From NCBI RefSeq assembly GCF_009914755.1, contig NC_060935.1: a stretch of 64,000 bases of DNA; one strand, written 5' to 3'. A program made the position numbers and the translations under genes. The notes under the pieces were generated by a model. The model did no database searches and was not told the origin of the DNA. It worked only from the letters and a program-made list of their open reading frames with translations. Below, piece after piece: positions 26,701-46,629 of this stretch (positions within the stretch are counted from its first letter, which is position 1; each line of letters starts with the position of its first letter). The stretch comes from the human T2T-CHM13v2.0 reference genome, Homo sapiens.

Positions 26701-27741
26701 CTTAAAGAAAAAATAAATAAATAGATAAATAAAGATAGTTGAGAAAATATGGGATAGAAACCAGTAATTTGTGCCAATAAAATTCTTGGTTTTTTTAACA
26801 CCCCCCCCCACCAAAAATAGGGTGACAGGATTCTCATAGTCTGAATTTCACAAAAAGGGACAAAAGCATTTTGGTTGAGGAAAAAGAGGGACTAGAGGAG
26901 ATCGCTGAAAATGGTGGTATGACAAAGACCAAGATTGCCCCTAGGGTGGGACTCTAACCCACAATCCTAGAGGGAATGTAAAAAAATCCACAGTGCAGTG
27001 GGGGACCTCTCAAAATAAAAGAAACAAGGCCTGAATAGAAACAATTGTCCGAATAGGAGGGTGAACAAAGGGGACACTCTCCCATCCATGAAGGCCAAAT
27101 GGTGCCAATTGGTCTTAATTTGGGGTTGAGGTAAATGTCTCCCTCAGTTCCCTTCAGCTTGTTAGTCCCTTCATGTTATTGTCCCTTTGTAGTCACCAGG
27201 AAAGATGACGCAGATGAACCCCAAAACTGTGGCTCAGCCTGTGAAGTTTCTTGGCTTTGTGCCAGAAAGGATTCAGAGCAAACTGAAAGTAAATTTATTA
27301 GAGCAACAAAGTACAAGAAAATGACTGCTCCATAGACAGAGCAAGGCTTTTCCATAGGCAGAGTAGTGCTGGTTGCTTGCTGGCTAGCTATATTTATAGC
27401 TACTACTTAACTATGGTGAGTAGTGGGTGGTTATTCACGAATTTTCTGGAAAAGAGGTGGAGAGTTTCCAGAACCTAGGGTTTCTCCTATTTTAAAAGGG
27501 TGTATAAGGTAACTTCTGGGCATTGCCATGGCATTTGTAAACTGTCAGGGAACTGTTGGGAGTGTCTTTTAGCATGCCAATGCATTATAGTTAGAGTATA
27601 ATGAGCAATGAGGATGACTAGAAGTCACTTTCATTGCCATCTTGGTTTTAGCTGATTTCAGCCAGTTTCTTTACTGCATCCTGCTTTGACCAGCGGGGTT
27701 GTGACTGGTGCTCAGAAAACAAGTCCTGCTGATCCACCTCA
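20776..27741 (-). mobile_element. ERV1 (class I, gamma-like) provirus with MER66-like LTRs: degenerate gag-pro-pol, no env
   Basis: The 5' LTR is 27206-27741, followed by an Arg-like PBS at 27181-27198. gag MA lies at 25735-26076 (WPKNGSLHYNTILQLDLFC), a zinc-knuckle remnant CVFCKQEGHW at ~24615-24655, RT YVDD at 23567-23578, RNase H at 22171-22680 and integrase (QSSGKVERANH) at 21532-21714. A PPT at ~20873-20885 precedes an internally deleted 3' LTR (20776-20872). The TSD is attc/atta, within an L1MA 3' end. Confidence 0.85.
26367..26731 (+). mobile_element. L1PA7/8-like 3' end inserted in the ERV leader
   Basis: L1PA 3'UTR (..gcagcaaaccaccatggcacatgtat..tatcccagaacttaaa) followed by an A-rich tail. 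Confidence 0.85.
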
Positions 27742-28007
27742 ATTACAGAATGTATACATATTTCAAAACATGTTGTACATGATAAATATATGCAATTTTA
27801 TCTGTCAGATAAAATGTTAAAAAAAGAAATTCACTGCTTCCAATACATATAAAACATACAAAGTGAGTGCTTAGGTCAGGACTTCATTCACAGAAAGTGC
27901 TTAATAGAAATTAGTTATAATCGTTATCACAATTGTCATCATTATTCTTATTTTTATATTATCCTATTTCTCATTCCATTTTTCTTGGGAATTAAACTAC
28001 ATTTTTT

Positions 28008-28521
28008 AAAAAATTATACTTTAAGTTCTAGGGTACATGTACAGAATGTGCAGGTTTGTTACGTAGGTATACATGTGCCATGGTGGTTTGCTGCACTCAT
28101 CAACTCGTCATCTATCCCTCCCCTAGCCCCCATCCCCCACACAGACCCCAGTGTGTGATGTTCCTCTCCCTGTGTCCACATGTTCTCATTGTTCAACTCC
28201 CACTTATGAGTGAGAACATGTGGTGTTTGATTTTCTGTTCCTGTGTTAGTTTGCTGAGAATGATGGTTTCCAGCTTCATCCATGTGCTTGCAAAGGACAT
28301 GAACTCATCCTTTTTCATGGCTGCATAGTATTCCATGGTGTATATGTGCCACATTATCTTTATCCAGTCTATCATTGATGGGCATTTGGGTTGGTTCCAA
28401 GTCTTTGCTGTTGGGAATAGTGCTGCAATAAACATACGTGTGCATGTGTCTTTTTAGTAGGATGATTTATAATCCTTTGGTTATATATCCAGTAATGGGA
28501 TTGCTGGGTCAGATGGTATAC
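28008..28521 (-). mobile_element. L1PA7/8-like 5'-truncated insertion
   Basis: Antisense L1PA 3' end with TSD aactacattttt at ~27995 and 28522. Confidence 0.85.
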
Positions 28522-29067
28522 AACTACATTTTTAAAGGATAAATTTTATTTTTAAAAACACAGTGTTGTTTGCATGTATTTACAAAATAGGCACTCATAG
28601 GAAATTATGACAATGCATTTATTTTTAAAAAGGCATTGTATGTAAGATGTGACCTGATACAAGGTCCCAAGAACACAGAAAATGTCTGCATCTGGTGATG
28701 TGCAGCTCCATGGGTTAGAAATGTCCTCCCGAAAACATGTTTCTGAGCTCTCCCACAGGAACCACAAGCTCAGTACAGACAGATCTTTTGGTCCCTGGCA
28801 CTGACTCTCCTTTCTCCTTCTTTCAGAGGACCAGAACAGGATGAGATCTGTCATTCATCAGAGCTTTTAAACTTAGTTCTGCTCAGGCATCTCACAGTGG
28901 CCCCACCAGCCCCCTCATTTTAACTACAGAGACACTGAAGAGTATTTTCATCTCAGAAGAGAAAATAAGTGATGGGATAGACTTTAATTTCCAAGGACCT
29001 GGTTGGTGGCTCCAGTAAGCATCCCAGGTGAGAAAACAACCTGCCATTGTCTTGTCTGTATGTGTAA

Positions 29068-29383
<316 letters not shown>

Positions 29384-30053
29384 ATGATAGATTTTGAAAT
29401 GCAGTGGACTGAGACAGACATTGAATCCTGCTGTGCCTGTGGGGACTGAAGAAGAGTAGTGATGTTCTTGTTATCGTTTGTCTGAAACTGCAGTCTGCTG
29501 CACACCTTAGACTCTGGTGCCATCCCTGAAGGGTATTCAGTGTTGGAGCAGTTTTTATGACTTTTCAGCTGACTCATGGTTTCAATTTAAATCATTTAAT
29601 TATCATTACTGAAAAAAAAGACATGTAATGTTATTTCCCTTTTACTGATGAAGGAACAGGTTGAGAGGTGAAACAATTTGCTTACATTTATAAGGCTAAT
29701 TAATGCTGGAGACCAGATGAGAAATCAAGTCTGTTTGATCCAAGGCTCTTAATCCCTAACTTCAAAACGTCTGACTATATCTGAATCTTTTAACATTCCA
29801 TTACATTCTTGGTATGGATTCTTTTCTATGATCTACATTTGTGATCACCATCATCCAGTTTCATGATACAAACTTATTTCTACATCTCTGGTAATTTCCT
29901 TTTCAGCTGTTTTGTTTTCAGTGCTTTCTTTTCCTTTGCTGGCATCTAAAACCAGATTTTAATGTACAGATATTTTTTGCCTTAACTTTATTTATATCAG
30001 TTACATTTATCAATTATATTTATTTTGCTCCAACCAATAATACTTTCAATTCT

Positions 30054-30345
<292 letters not shown>

Positions 30346-30939
30346 TACTTTCAATTATTTTTGTAGATAATTGTATACTATAGAGAATGGAGATACAATT
30401 TTTAAAAGTAAGTTTTCATGAAAATGTTCTTTTTAGCCCTTTCATATATAGTTGTTTGTTCTCTTGTAAAATAAAACTTCATTCTAGCTGTAGTGCTGGG
30501 TATGAAAGGTATCAAGAATGTTGCTGTTAATCTGTTTCATACCCACAAGCAGGCAACAATATAAATTTTGTGAGCCCTTGAAACTTTTGCCCTTGTGAGT
30601 TCTTTCCTCCATAAAAAGTATTAAAAATTGTATTTTATGAGTATATTGGCATAAAGATAAATATAATCCAGTTGTACTTAGATTATATTCATTTTCTTCT
30701 TCTTCTTTTAAAGAAATTAAGCATTAAGCATTTCAAGGGCTCCTAAAAGTATCACGGGCTGTTGGCACTATTGTGCCTTAAGGAATATGTCAGCCTAGCC
30801 TAATATATGTCCTCCTAATAAAAATTGATGGACACAGGATAAGATAATTGAATGTCCCAAGTTTAATCGATCAAGAAATAGAATAAATCTCTATAAAATA
30901 TCACCAGATATTCTTGCCTAAATGTTTGTGTCACAAGAC

Positions 30940-38048
<7,109 letters not shown>

Positions 38049-39739
38049 AGATTTAGCTCAGGTTGTGTGTGTATGGCCCATCTGAAAAAAAATAGTATTT
38101 CTGAATGATGACATTTTAAATTCAATACTAAAATATTTCATTATCTCTTTAGTCCTGGTTTTTGGGGGTGATGGAGCTACATTGCCACTCACCTCTGCTG
38201 TTTTGCAGTGTTGCAAAGAAGAACAGAAGAGTAGATTTCTCCTATTTCATATATTAATGAAATAGTGATAATATCTTACCAGTACTACAATAAAACAAGA
38301 TCTTTTTATAAATGTTGACTTCCAAACTCCCTTTCTGGCTCTAAAATTTCACATATGGCTTTCTTTCATTTTGGGGGAGGACAAAACTCATCAATAACAA
38401 TTGTTTTGAAATTATACTTTCTCTTGTTATGGTTATTTGTAGGTATATGAACCCAGTATGTGTATTAGATACTAATATGCATATTCGATACTAAAGTACA
38501 AAGCCTTACTAATTCTAAGCCAGCTACATTCTGTGATCTATTGTCCTTTTTTGTCATATAAATGCGCATGTGCACAGATTGAGACAGAGCTGCAAATGGA
38601 GATATTTTTCTTTTGGAATGCCGGGTAACTATCACAATAACAGCTCATTGAGGATAATTCATTCAACATCCCTGAATGTTGCATCTATCTCTAAATGACA
38701 CTTTTTTTCATGCTCACTCTTTCTGCATCTTTAATTGTGGCTATGTAAGTGGTACAAAGTTATAAAATTTAATGGTATTTCATAAATACATTTTCCTCAT
38801 GTTTGGACTTTTATCACATGTAGAATTATACACTGGATTAGATATATTTCCCCACTCACATCTTACAAATGGAATTAAATGAGTCATGATGTTTTCCCTC
38901 AGTTTTCTATTGGCAAGACAGAAATGTTTGGGTCACCTGAGATGATGCAATTTTCTCTTTTGGCATAAGTTCAGTCATTTAAGATGAACTTGTAGTTTCC
39001 ATTGCTAACTGGTAAACAACTGGAAATTTGTATTGTTAATGGAAAACATTTAATATATATAAGAATGTAGATATTTTTGAGTAATCTAGACAAAGAGTTT
39101 CAAGAGTAAGTACATGTGGTTACAAAAGAGCATAAGATATTTTATTTCTTCTCCTCCCCCTTTTCTCCTTCTTTCCCTAACCCCTGGCAAAAATGTAACC
39201 ACATAGTTTTCCTCAAAAATTTCTAGAAACAGAAATCAGTCAGCATCATGACCTCTGAGCTTCATTAAAGGCGAGTAAAAATATCTTTGGTTTTCAGGAA
39301 AACTCAGTTGCTAAGTTGCTTTCTCTTTATTCATAGCTTCTGTAGATGGTGACTATAAGGTTAATCATTCTTAAGGGATTTAATTCACAAATTCTAACTT
39401 CAATGTAGTAATATGGAAGTCAAGAAAAGGGGAAAAACATTTCAAGCATGACAAACAGAAATCTACAGAATCAATGTATTCAGTGAGACATAAATGTTAA
39501 CCATGATGTTTTAAAAGTGACTTCAGTAGTTCTTAGCAACATCTGGTCTGGCAACATTATGCATTGTCTTTTCTATTGATATTTTTATGTCAATGTGTCC
39601 AAATTCATTTTCAGAGAAAAATACTCAACTTTAAGTCAAGTATATAATGACAAAAACTACTTCACTGAAAACAAATTGGCTAAAACAAGTTAATCTGCTT
39701 AAAATTTGGGAGAAAAGGTTTAGTTTTCACTGACCTGGA

Positions 39740-40900
39740 TCTAGTTGATTGTGGGTTCCTCCAATTTTAGATTGAGTGCGGTCACTGCTTTCTTCTCCTG
39801 CAGGCATGGAACACGGCCGCAAATAGACTCTACGAGTTGCCAAGTGGGATATTGGAATTCTCTAGATGGCTCTTCCAGTTCTGACATTTTAGTTTATTTT
39901 GCTTTCCATTGTCAGTCTGAATTTACTAAGAAAACAAGCTGTTTCAGTTAGAAAACTTCAGTATCTCTAGGATTGAGTGTCTACTCACTTTCTGGGTTTC
40001 CTATGAATGTATAAGCCAATCTTCAAAATATATCTATTTTTCAGATCTCTTAGGACTATATTCAATCCAAATTAAAAACTAGGAATAATGCAAAATTCCT
40101 CAAATTTGGAAAAAGCAACTATAAAATGAGTAAGTAAATCAAATCCACTTGATTGGATATTGTTTTCTCAAATCTATTCTGATGAAATTTTGTTTCCTTG
40201 AGTCCCTGAAAAATGTGGTGAGAGAATTCCTTTTATTTGTGATTCAAGTTCTTCTTTCAACTCTGTTTTCCTAGAAACCCACTAAGCTCAGGAGTGGTGT
40301 CTCCCAAACATATCTTCATCATTTTGCTTCCTGTCTCTGCTGCTGTCATTTGCTCACAGGTCCTTCTTTGTAATTCTTTCTTCATTGGCTCTAGAGAAAT
40401 ATTTAAATAGACTATCACAGACTGTAGTATTTGGCAATGCATTGACCTTTCAAGTACCCAGAGGATTAGTAATTGGCCTTGTTGGAATGTTTGGCAAAGC
40501 AATATTCAGGTCCTTCATTTACTCTCACTTGGCACCCACAAATGTCATTAGTGGCTAGTTTTAGAAATGCAATTGAACTTGGGTTAAAGATATGTCTGCG
40601 GCTGTTGTTTAGGATAACATCTGGAAACCTTCACTGTAGGTTTTTTTTGCTAGTTGTGGCATTGTTGAGCCTAGCCTAGGATATGGAGTGGTTTTAGGCA
40701 AAGGTCAGAGTTCAGAGAATAAATTTTTTTCTGAACCCATGTCTGGTCTAAATGATATGGTTGCTCTGAAGAATGGGGAATACCAGTATTCAAGGTCATG
40801 TGTCAGATTACTCTGGGAGATTGTGAGATTTTTATTAATGACTGAGAGGACTTACACAGCAGGATTTCCAACTACCAAAGATTGGGTAATTTAAAGTGAC
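39740..40900 (-). mobile_element. Possible very degenerate retroviral gag relic
   Basis: Manual minus-strand reading gives, in gag order, LNYPIFGSW (MA-like), RPITNPLG (CA-like), QG..RFEKT (MHR-like, across a frameshift) and FHACRRRKQ* (zinc-knuckle-like). All matches are weak. Confidence 0.25.
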
Positions 40901-41289
40901 AGAGATATCAACTTCCTGTAGGGTGATTACCTAGATGATATGTTCTCATGATGAATTCAAGAGTATATATCTTTTCTTTCTACCCCACAAAGAGAGAATG
41001 GTGTGACTTGGAGTAGGTATCATGCTTTCCCACATTGTCATTGAGAATCAGTCACACTCAGCCAAGCACTCATGTATGATGGCATCCAGAGGTGGGGAAT
41101 AGAGACACTCTAGAAGAAGGCTCCACTACTATCTTCTCTCCTTCAGTTTGTGAGGTGATGAAGAGCTGACTGCAACTTTGCATGGAATCACCTTTTCTGC
41201 TCTCAACTTTTGGTTTCAAAACAAACTGACACACTCCCAAAGTTCAGGACCAGAAAACAAAAGCAAAACTTTCCTCTATTCTCAATAGA

Positions 41290-42430
41290 ATGGGGGCCTT
41301 ATGGATTGGCCTAGAGCCTGGAACTAGCCTGGTGTTGGGGCAGGAATGGACCCAGGGTCTACAAACACCAGTCTGGAGGCCAAGATTGCAGGGGCTGGCC
41401 TGGTGCCTGGAATCATGGGGTTCTGGAATATGGAGCTGTGGGGATCTGCTTAAAACTTGGGTCTTCAGGGGCCAGACTGGAGACTGGGTGTATAAGTGCT
41501 AGTCTAGGGGTTGAGTTCATGATGGATGGATGGGTCCTGAGGCCTCAGGTGCCAGCCTGAAACCTAGGTCCACAGTAGCATTCCTAGAGCCTGGGTCCAG
41601 GAGGGGTGGCCCAGTGCTTGGGTTTATTGGGCTGGGCCTGGACCCTGGGTATTCAAGAAGCCCTGAGTCCTAAGTCTGCTAAAATGTAGGAATGCTGGGT
41701 TCAGCCTGGTGGGTGGGGCCACAGGGACCAGTCTCCTACTGCATAAGCCTGGAGACTCTGTCTGTGAGTGCTAGCCTGGTACCTGAGGCCAGGTGTGCTG
41801 ACCTCAGGGCTGCTGGAGTGGTCCTGAAGCCTAGGGCTGTGTAGGCCAACCTTGCTCTGAGCTGGTCTGGAACCTGGTGCAGAGCTGGAAACTGGGGTCA
41901 CAGGGGCTGGCCTGGTACTAGGCAGGCCGGGAGCCTGGACCTGAGGGTCAGCTTGGAGTCTGGATCTGTGGATATGGACCTTATGACTAGGGCTATGGGG
42001 CCTGCCTCACACTGGGGTAGGGGTAGGCTTGAAACCTGGAGCTATTGGAGTTTGCCTGGCAATGTTGTGGGTCCAGAGACCAAGTCAGCAAGGGAGTCCT
42101 GGAACCTGGGGCCATGGGGTACTGGCCAGCGCTAAATTTTACTGGGGCTATTCTGATATTAGAGTCTGAGGCCAAGTGCAGTGCTCATTTCCCTCTCCTT
42201 CCTTCATGCAGAGGCTATTTCTCTCCATGCCATGCTGCCTGGGGTTGTGGGGAACATGGGTGGTGACACAGGTAATGTAAAATCGTCTTTTCTATCCTCT
42301 TCAATGCATCTTTTCTTATTTCTGTGCTACACCCAGGTGCTATAATATCTCAGCTGGTTTCCTTAGCTCTTGTGAAGGTATTTTTAATGTAGATAGTTCA
42401 AATTGATGCTTCTGTGGAGGGACAAGAGTT
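41290..42430 (-). mobile_element. Old L1M 5'UTR with GC-rich degenerate subrepeats
   Basis: Repeated ggggctggcctgg..gcctggg units are followed by ggtaatgtaaaatcgtcttttctatcctcttcaatgcatc.., typical of antisense L1M 5' ends. Confidence 0.6.
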
Positions 42431-42561
42431 GTCCGGTGAGAATTTTCATATCATTATTGATAAAGAAGCTTAAGGTTGAGAGATTCTGTTTTGGTTCCTA
42501 TTTTCCTGACAAGTAGGAGGTGTAATGTTCTGAGATTAAAGGAAAATTTGTGGAATGTAGA

Positions 42562-44749
42562 TGTATTAGTTCTCGTACTGCTATAAGGAACTACCTGAGA
42601 CCAGGAAATTTATGAAGAAAAGAGATTTAATTGACTCATAGTTCTGCAGGCTGTACAGGAAGCATGGCTGGGGGTCCTCAGGAAGCTTACAATCATGGTG
42701 GAAAGTGAAGGGGGAAGCAAGCACATCTTACTGTGGTGGAACAGGAGATACAGTGAAGGGGAAAGTGCTACACATGTTTAAACAACCCAATCTAACATCC
42801 TTATCACATTTCAAAACACAATCATGCCTTCCAACAGTCCCCCCAAATCCTAACTAATTCTAGGATTAACTCAAAAGTCCAAGTCCAAAGTCTAACCTGA
42901 GACAAGGCAAGTCCCTTACTCCTGCGTGCCTATAAAACCAAAAACAAGTTAGTTACCTCCAAGATACAATGGGGGTATAAGCATTAGGCAAGCAAATGTC
43001 CCCATTCCAAAAGGGAGAAATTGGCCAAGGCAAAGGGGCTATAAGCTCCATGCAAGTCTGAAACCCAGTAGGGTAGTCATTAAATCCTAAAGCTCCAAAG
43101 TAATCTCCTTTGACTACATGTCTCACATCCAGGCCACACTGATGCAAAAGAAGTTGGGCTCTCAAGGCCTTGGGCAGCTCCATCCCTGTGGCTCTGCAGG
43201 GTACAGTCCCTGTGGCTGCTTTCATGGGCTAACGTTGAGTGCCTGCAGCTTTTCCAGGTGCCGGGGCAAGCTGTGGGTAGATCTATCATTCTGTGATCTG
43301 GAGGATGATGGCCGTTTTCTCACAGTTCCAGTAGGCAGTGCTTCGTGAGGACTCTGTGTGGGGGCTTCCACTCCACATTTCTCCTTTGCACTGCCATAGT
43401 AGAGGTTCCCGAATGAGAACTGAAGCAAACGTCTGCCTGGACATCAAGACATTTCCATACATCCTTTGAAATCTAGACAGAGGCTCCCAAACCTCAACTT
43501 TTGCCTTCTGCACACCTGCAGGCCAAATACCATGTGGAAGCTTGGGCCTTGCACCCTCTGAATCAATGGCCTGATCTGTACTTTGGCCCCTTTTAGCCAT
43601 GACTAGAGCTGGAGTGGCTGGGAGGCAGGGTGCCATGTTCTGAGGCGGCACACAGCAGGAAGGCCTTGGGCCTGGCCCATGAAACAATTTTTTCCTCTTA
43701 GGCCTCCAGGCCTGTGATGGGAGGGGCTGCCACAAAGGTCTCTGAAATGCCATGGAGTAATTTTCTCCATTATCTTGACTATTAACATTTGGCTCTTCTT
43801 TACTTATGCAAATTTCTGCAGCCTTGAATTCCTCCCCAGAAAATGGTTATTTTCTTTTCTACTGCATAGTTGGGCTGCAAATTTCCCAAGCTTTTATGCT
43901 CTGCTTCCCTTTTTAATATAAGTTTTATTTTCAGGTCATTTATTTGTTTATGCAAATGAGCATAGGCTTTTTAGAAGCAGCCAGGCTACATGTTAAATGC
44001 TTTGGTGCTTAGAATTTTTCTGCCAGGTACCCTAAATCATCTCAAGTTCAAAGTTCCACAGATCTCTAGAATGGGGGCACAATGCTGCCAATTTCTTTGC
44101 TAAAGCATAGCAAGAGTGACCTTTACTTTAGTTCCCAATAAGTTCCTTTATCTCCATCTGATACCTCATTAGCTTGGCCATCTCTGTCTATATCACTATC
44201 AGCATTTTGGTCAAAGCATTCACAAACCTCTAGGAAGTTCCAAATTTTCCCACATCTTCCTGTCTTCTTCTGAGCCCTCTATCTGTTCCAATCTTTGCCT
44301 ATTACCTAGTTCCAAAGTTGCTTCCAACATTTTCAGGTACCTTTATAGCAATGCCCCACTTCTGTGGTACCAATTTTCTATATTAGTCCATTCTCACATT
44401 GCTATAAAGAACTACTTGAGACTGGGTAATTTATGAAGAAAAGAGGTTTAATTGACTCACAGTTCTGTAGGCTGTACCAGAAGCATGGCTGGAAGGCCTC
44501 AGGGAACTTACAGTAATGGCAGAAGGTGAAGGGGAAGCAAGCAAGGGAGCAAGAGAGAGAGAGCAAAGGGGTTGTTCTAGGCACATTTAAACAACCATAT
44601 CTCATGAGAACTCAGTCACTATCACAAAATACAGCAAGGGGGAAATCCGTCCCCATGATCCGATCACCTCCCACTAGGTCCCTTCCACAACGTTGGGAAT
44701 TACAATTTGGCATGAGATTTGTGTAGGGACACATAGCCAAACCATATTA
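42562..44749 (-). mobile_element. MaLR provirus (MSTA/THE1D-type): truncated LTR 42562-~42795, internal region, complete LTR 44379-44749
   Basis: Both LTRs start t(g/a)tattagt..gctataa(a/g)gaactac..gagac. Internal MaLR motifs are present (aaaagtccaagtccaaagtct, gatacaatgggggta), and the LTR ends gggacacatagccaaaccatatta. Confidence 0.85.
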
Positions 44750-44759
44750 ACAAGTTATT

Positions 44760-46395
44760 GAAATTGGAAGAATATGTAGGAAACAAATAGAAAAACATGC
44801 CATGCTCATAGATTGGAAGAATCAATGTGAAAATGACCGTATTACTCAAAGCAATCTATAGATTCAGTGCAATTCCTATCAAAATACCAACCTCATTTTT
44901 CGCACAATTAGAAAAACAAAACTAAAATTCATATGGAACCAAGGAAGAGCTCAAATAGCTAAAGCAATCCTAGGCAAAAAGAACAAAGCTGAAGGCACCA
45001 TATTACCTGACTTTAAATTATCCTACAAGGATATAATAACCAAAATAGCATGGTACTGGTATAAAAGTATATATATAGACAAAGAGAAGAGAATGGAGAA
45101 CCTAGAAATAATGACAAATATCTACAACCAACTGATCTTTGACAAAGCAGACAAAAAAACCCAAAAACAGACAAAAAAACATGCACTGGGGAAAGGACAA
45201 CCTATTCAATAAATGGTGCTGGGAAAATGGGATAGCCACATTCAGAAGAAGGAAACCAGATATCTATCTCTCATCATATACAAAAATTAACTCAAGATGG
45301 ATTAAAAAATTAAATGTAAGACCGGAAACCATAAAAATTCTAGAAGAACCTAGGAAAAACTTTTTTGAACATTGACCTAGGCAAAGAATTTATGTCTAAG
45401 ACCCCAAAAGCAAATGCAACAAAAATAAAAATAAATAGGACTTAATTAAACTGAAATGATTCTGCATAGCAAAAGAAATAATCAACAGAGCAAACAGACA
45501 ACCTACAGAATCAAAAAAAAATTTATAAACTCAACATTTGACGAAGGACTAATATCCAGAATCTACAAGGAACTCAAACAAATTAACAAGGAAAAACCAA
45601 ATAATCCCACTAAAATGTGAGCAAATGATATGAATAGACATTTCTCAAAAGAGGATATACAAATGGGCAACAAACATAAAAAATACTCAACATCACTAAT
45701 CATCATGGAAATGCAAATTAAAACCACAACAATAGATGTTAGTGTGGATGAGGTGAAAAGGGAATGCTTAAAGATTGTTGGTGGAAATGTAAATTAGTGC
45801 AACCTCTATGGAAAACTTATGAAGATTTCTCAAAGAACTAAAAGTAGGTCTACCATTTAATCTACCAATCCCACTACTGGGCATCTAATCAAAGGAAAAT
45901 AAGTCATTATATTAAAAAGAAACTTGTATGTGTATGTTTATCACAGCACAATTCACAACTGCAAACACATGGAATCAACCTAAGTGAACATCAACCAATA
46001 AAGAAAATGTGGCGTGTATATATCATGGAATACTACTCAGCCATAAAAAAGAACTAAATAATATCTCTTGCAGGAACTTAGATGGAACTGGAGGCTGTTA
46101 TCCTAAGTGAAGTAACTCAGGAAGAAAAAACCAAATACTGCATGTTTTCACTTATAAGTAGGAACTAAGCTATGGATACACAAAGGCATGCAGACTGGTA
46201 CACTAGACATTGGAGACTCAGAAGCGGGAAGGGTGAGAGATAGATGAGGGATAAAAAAGTCAGCTATTGGGTACACTGTACACTATTCAGTGATAGGTAC
46301 CCTAAAAGCCCAGACTTCACCATTATACATGGATAAATTTATTTATGTAAACAAAACCACTTATACTCATAAAACTATTGAAATTAAGAAAAGAG
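44760..46395 (+). mobile_element. L1PB-type 3' portion
   Basis: ORF2-like peptide ([23 protein letters not shown]) and an L1PB 3'UTR (cccagacttcacca..aaaccactt). Confidence 0.85.
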
Positions 46396-46629
46396 ATGTT
46401 CAAAAATGTAAAATAATGCCACTCTTCTAATTTTTTGTGAGGAAATATATTTATGGAAAATATATCTATCAAAGAAATAATATCAGAAAAACTTCCAAAC
46501 TGAAGGACACATGTTTCCAGATTAAAATGACCTTCTGAATGCTTAACACAGTAAATAAAAAACAGGAAGAGGAAGAGATAAAATAAAAAATGAAGACATA
46601 CAAGGCCATGTTATGAAACTTCATCACAC

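Noticed and set aside
30545-30800. Possible hAT-type DNA transposon fragment just downstream of the OR pseudogene
   Set aside because: I could not identify terminal inverted repeats, a TSD or the family with enough confidence.
41290-42130. GC-rich repetitive segment as a CpG island or novel minisatellite
   Set aside because: It is CpG-poor and fits the subrepeat region of old L1M 5'UTRs.
42953-43788. Overlapping ORFs up to 155 aa
   Set aside because: They are decayed MaLR internal ORF fragments.
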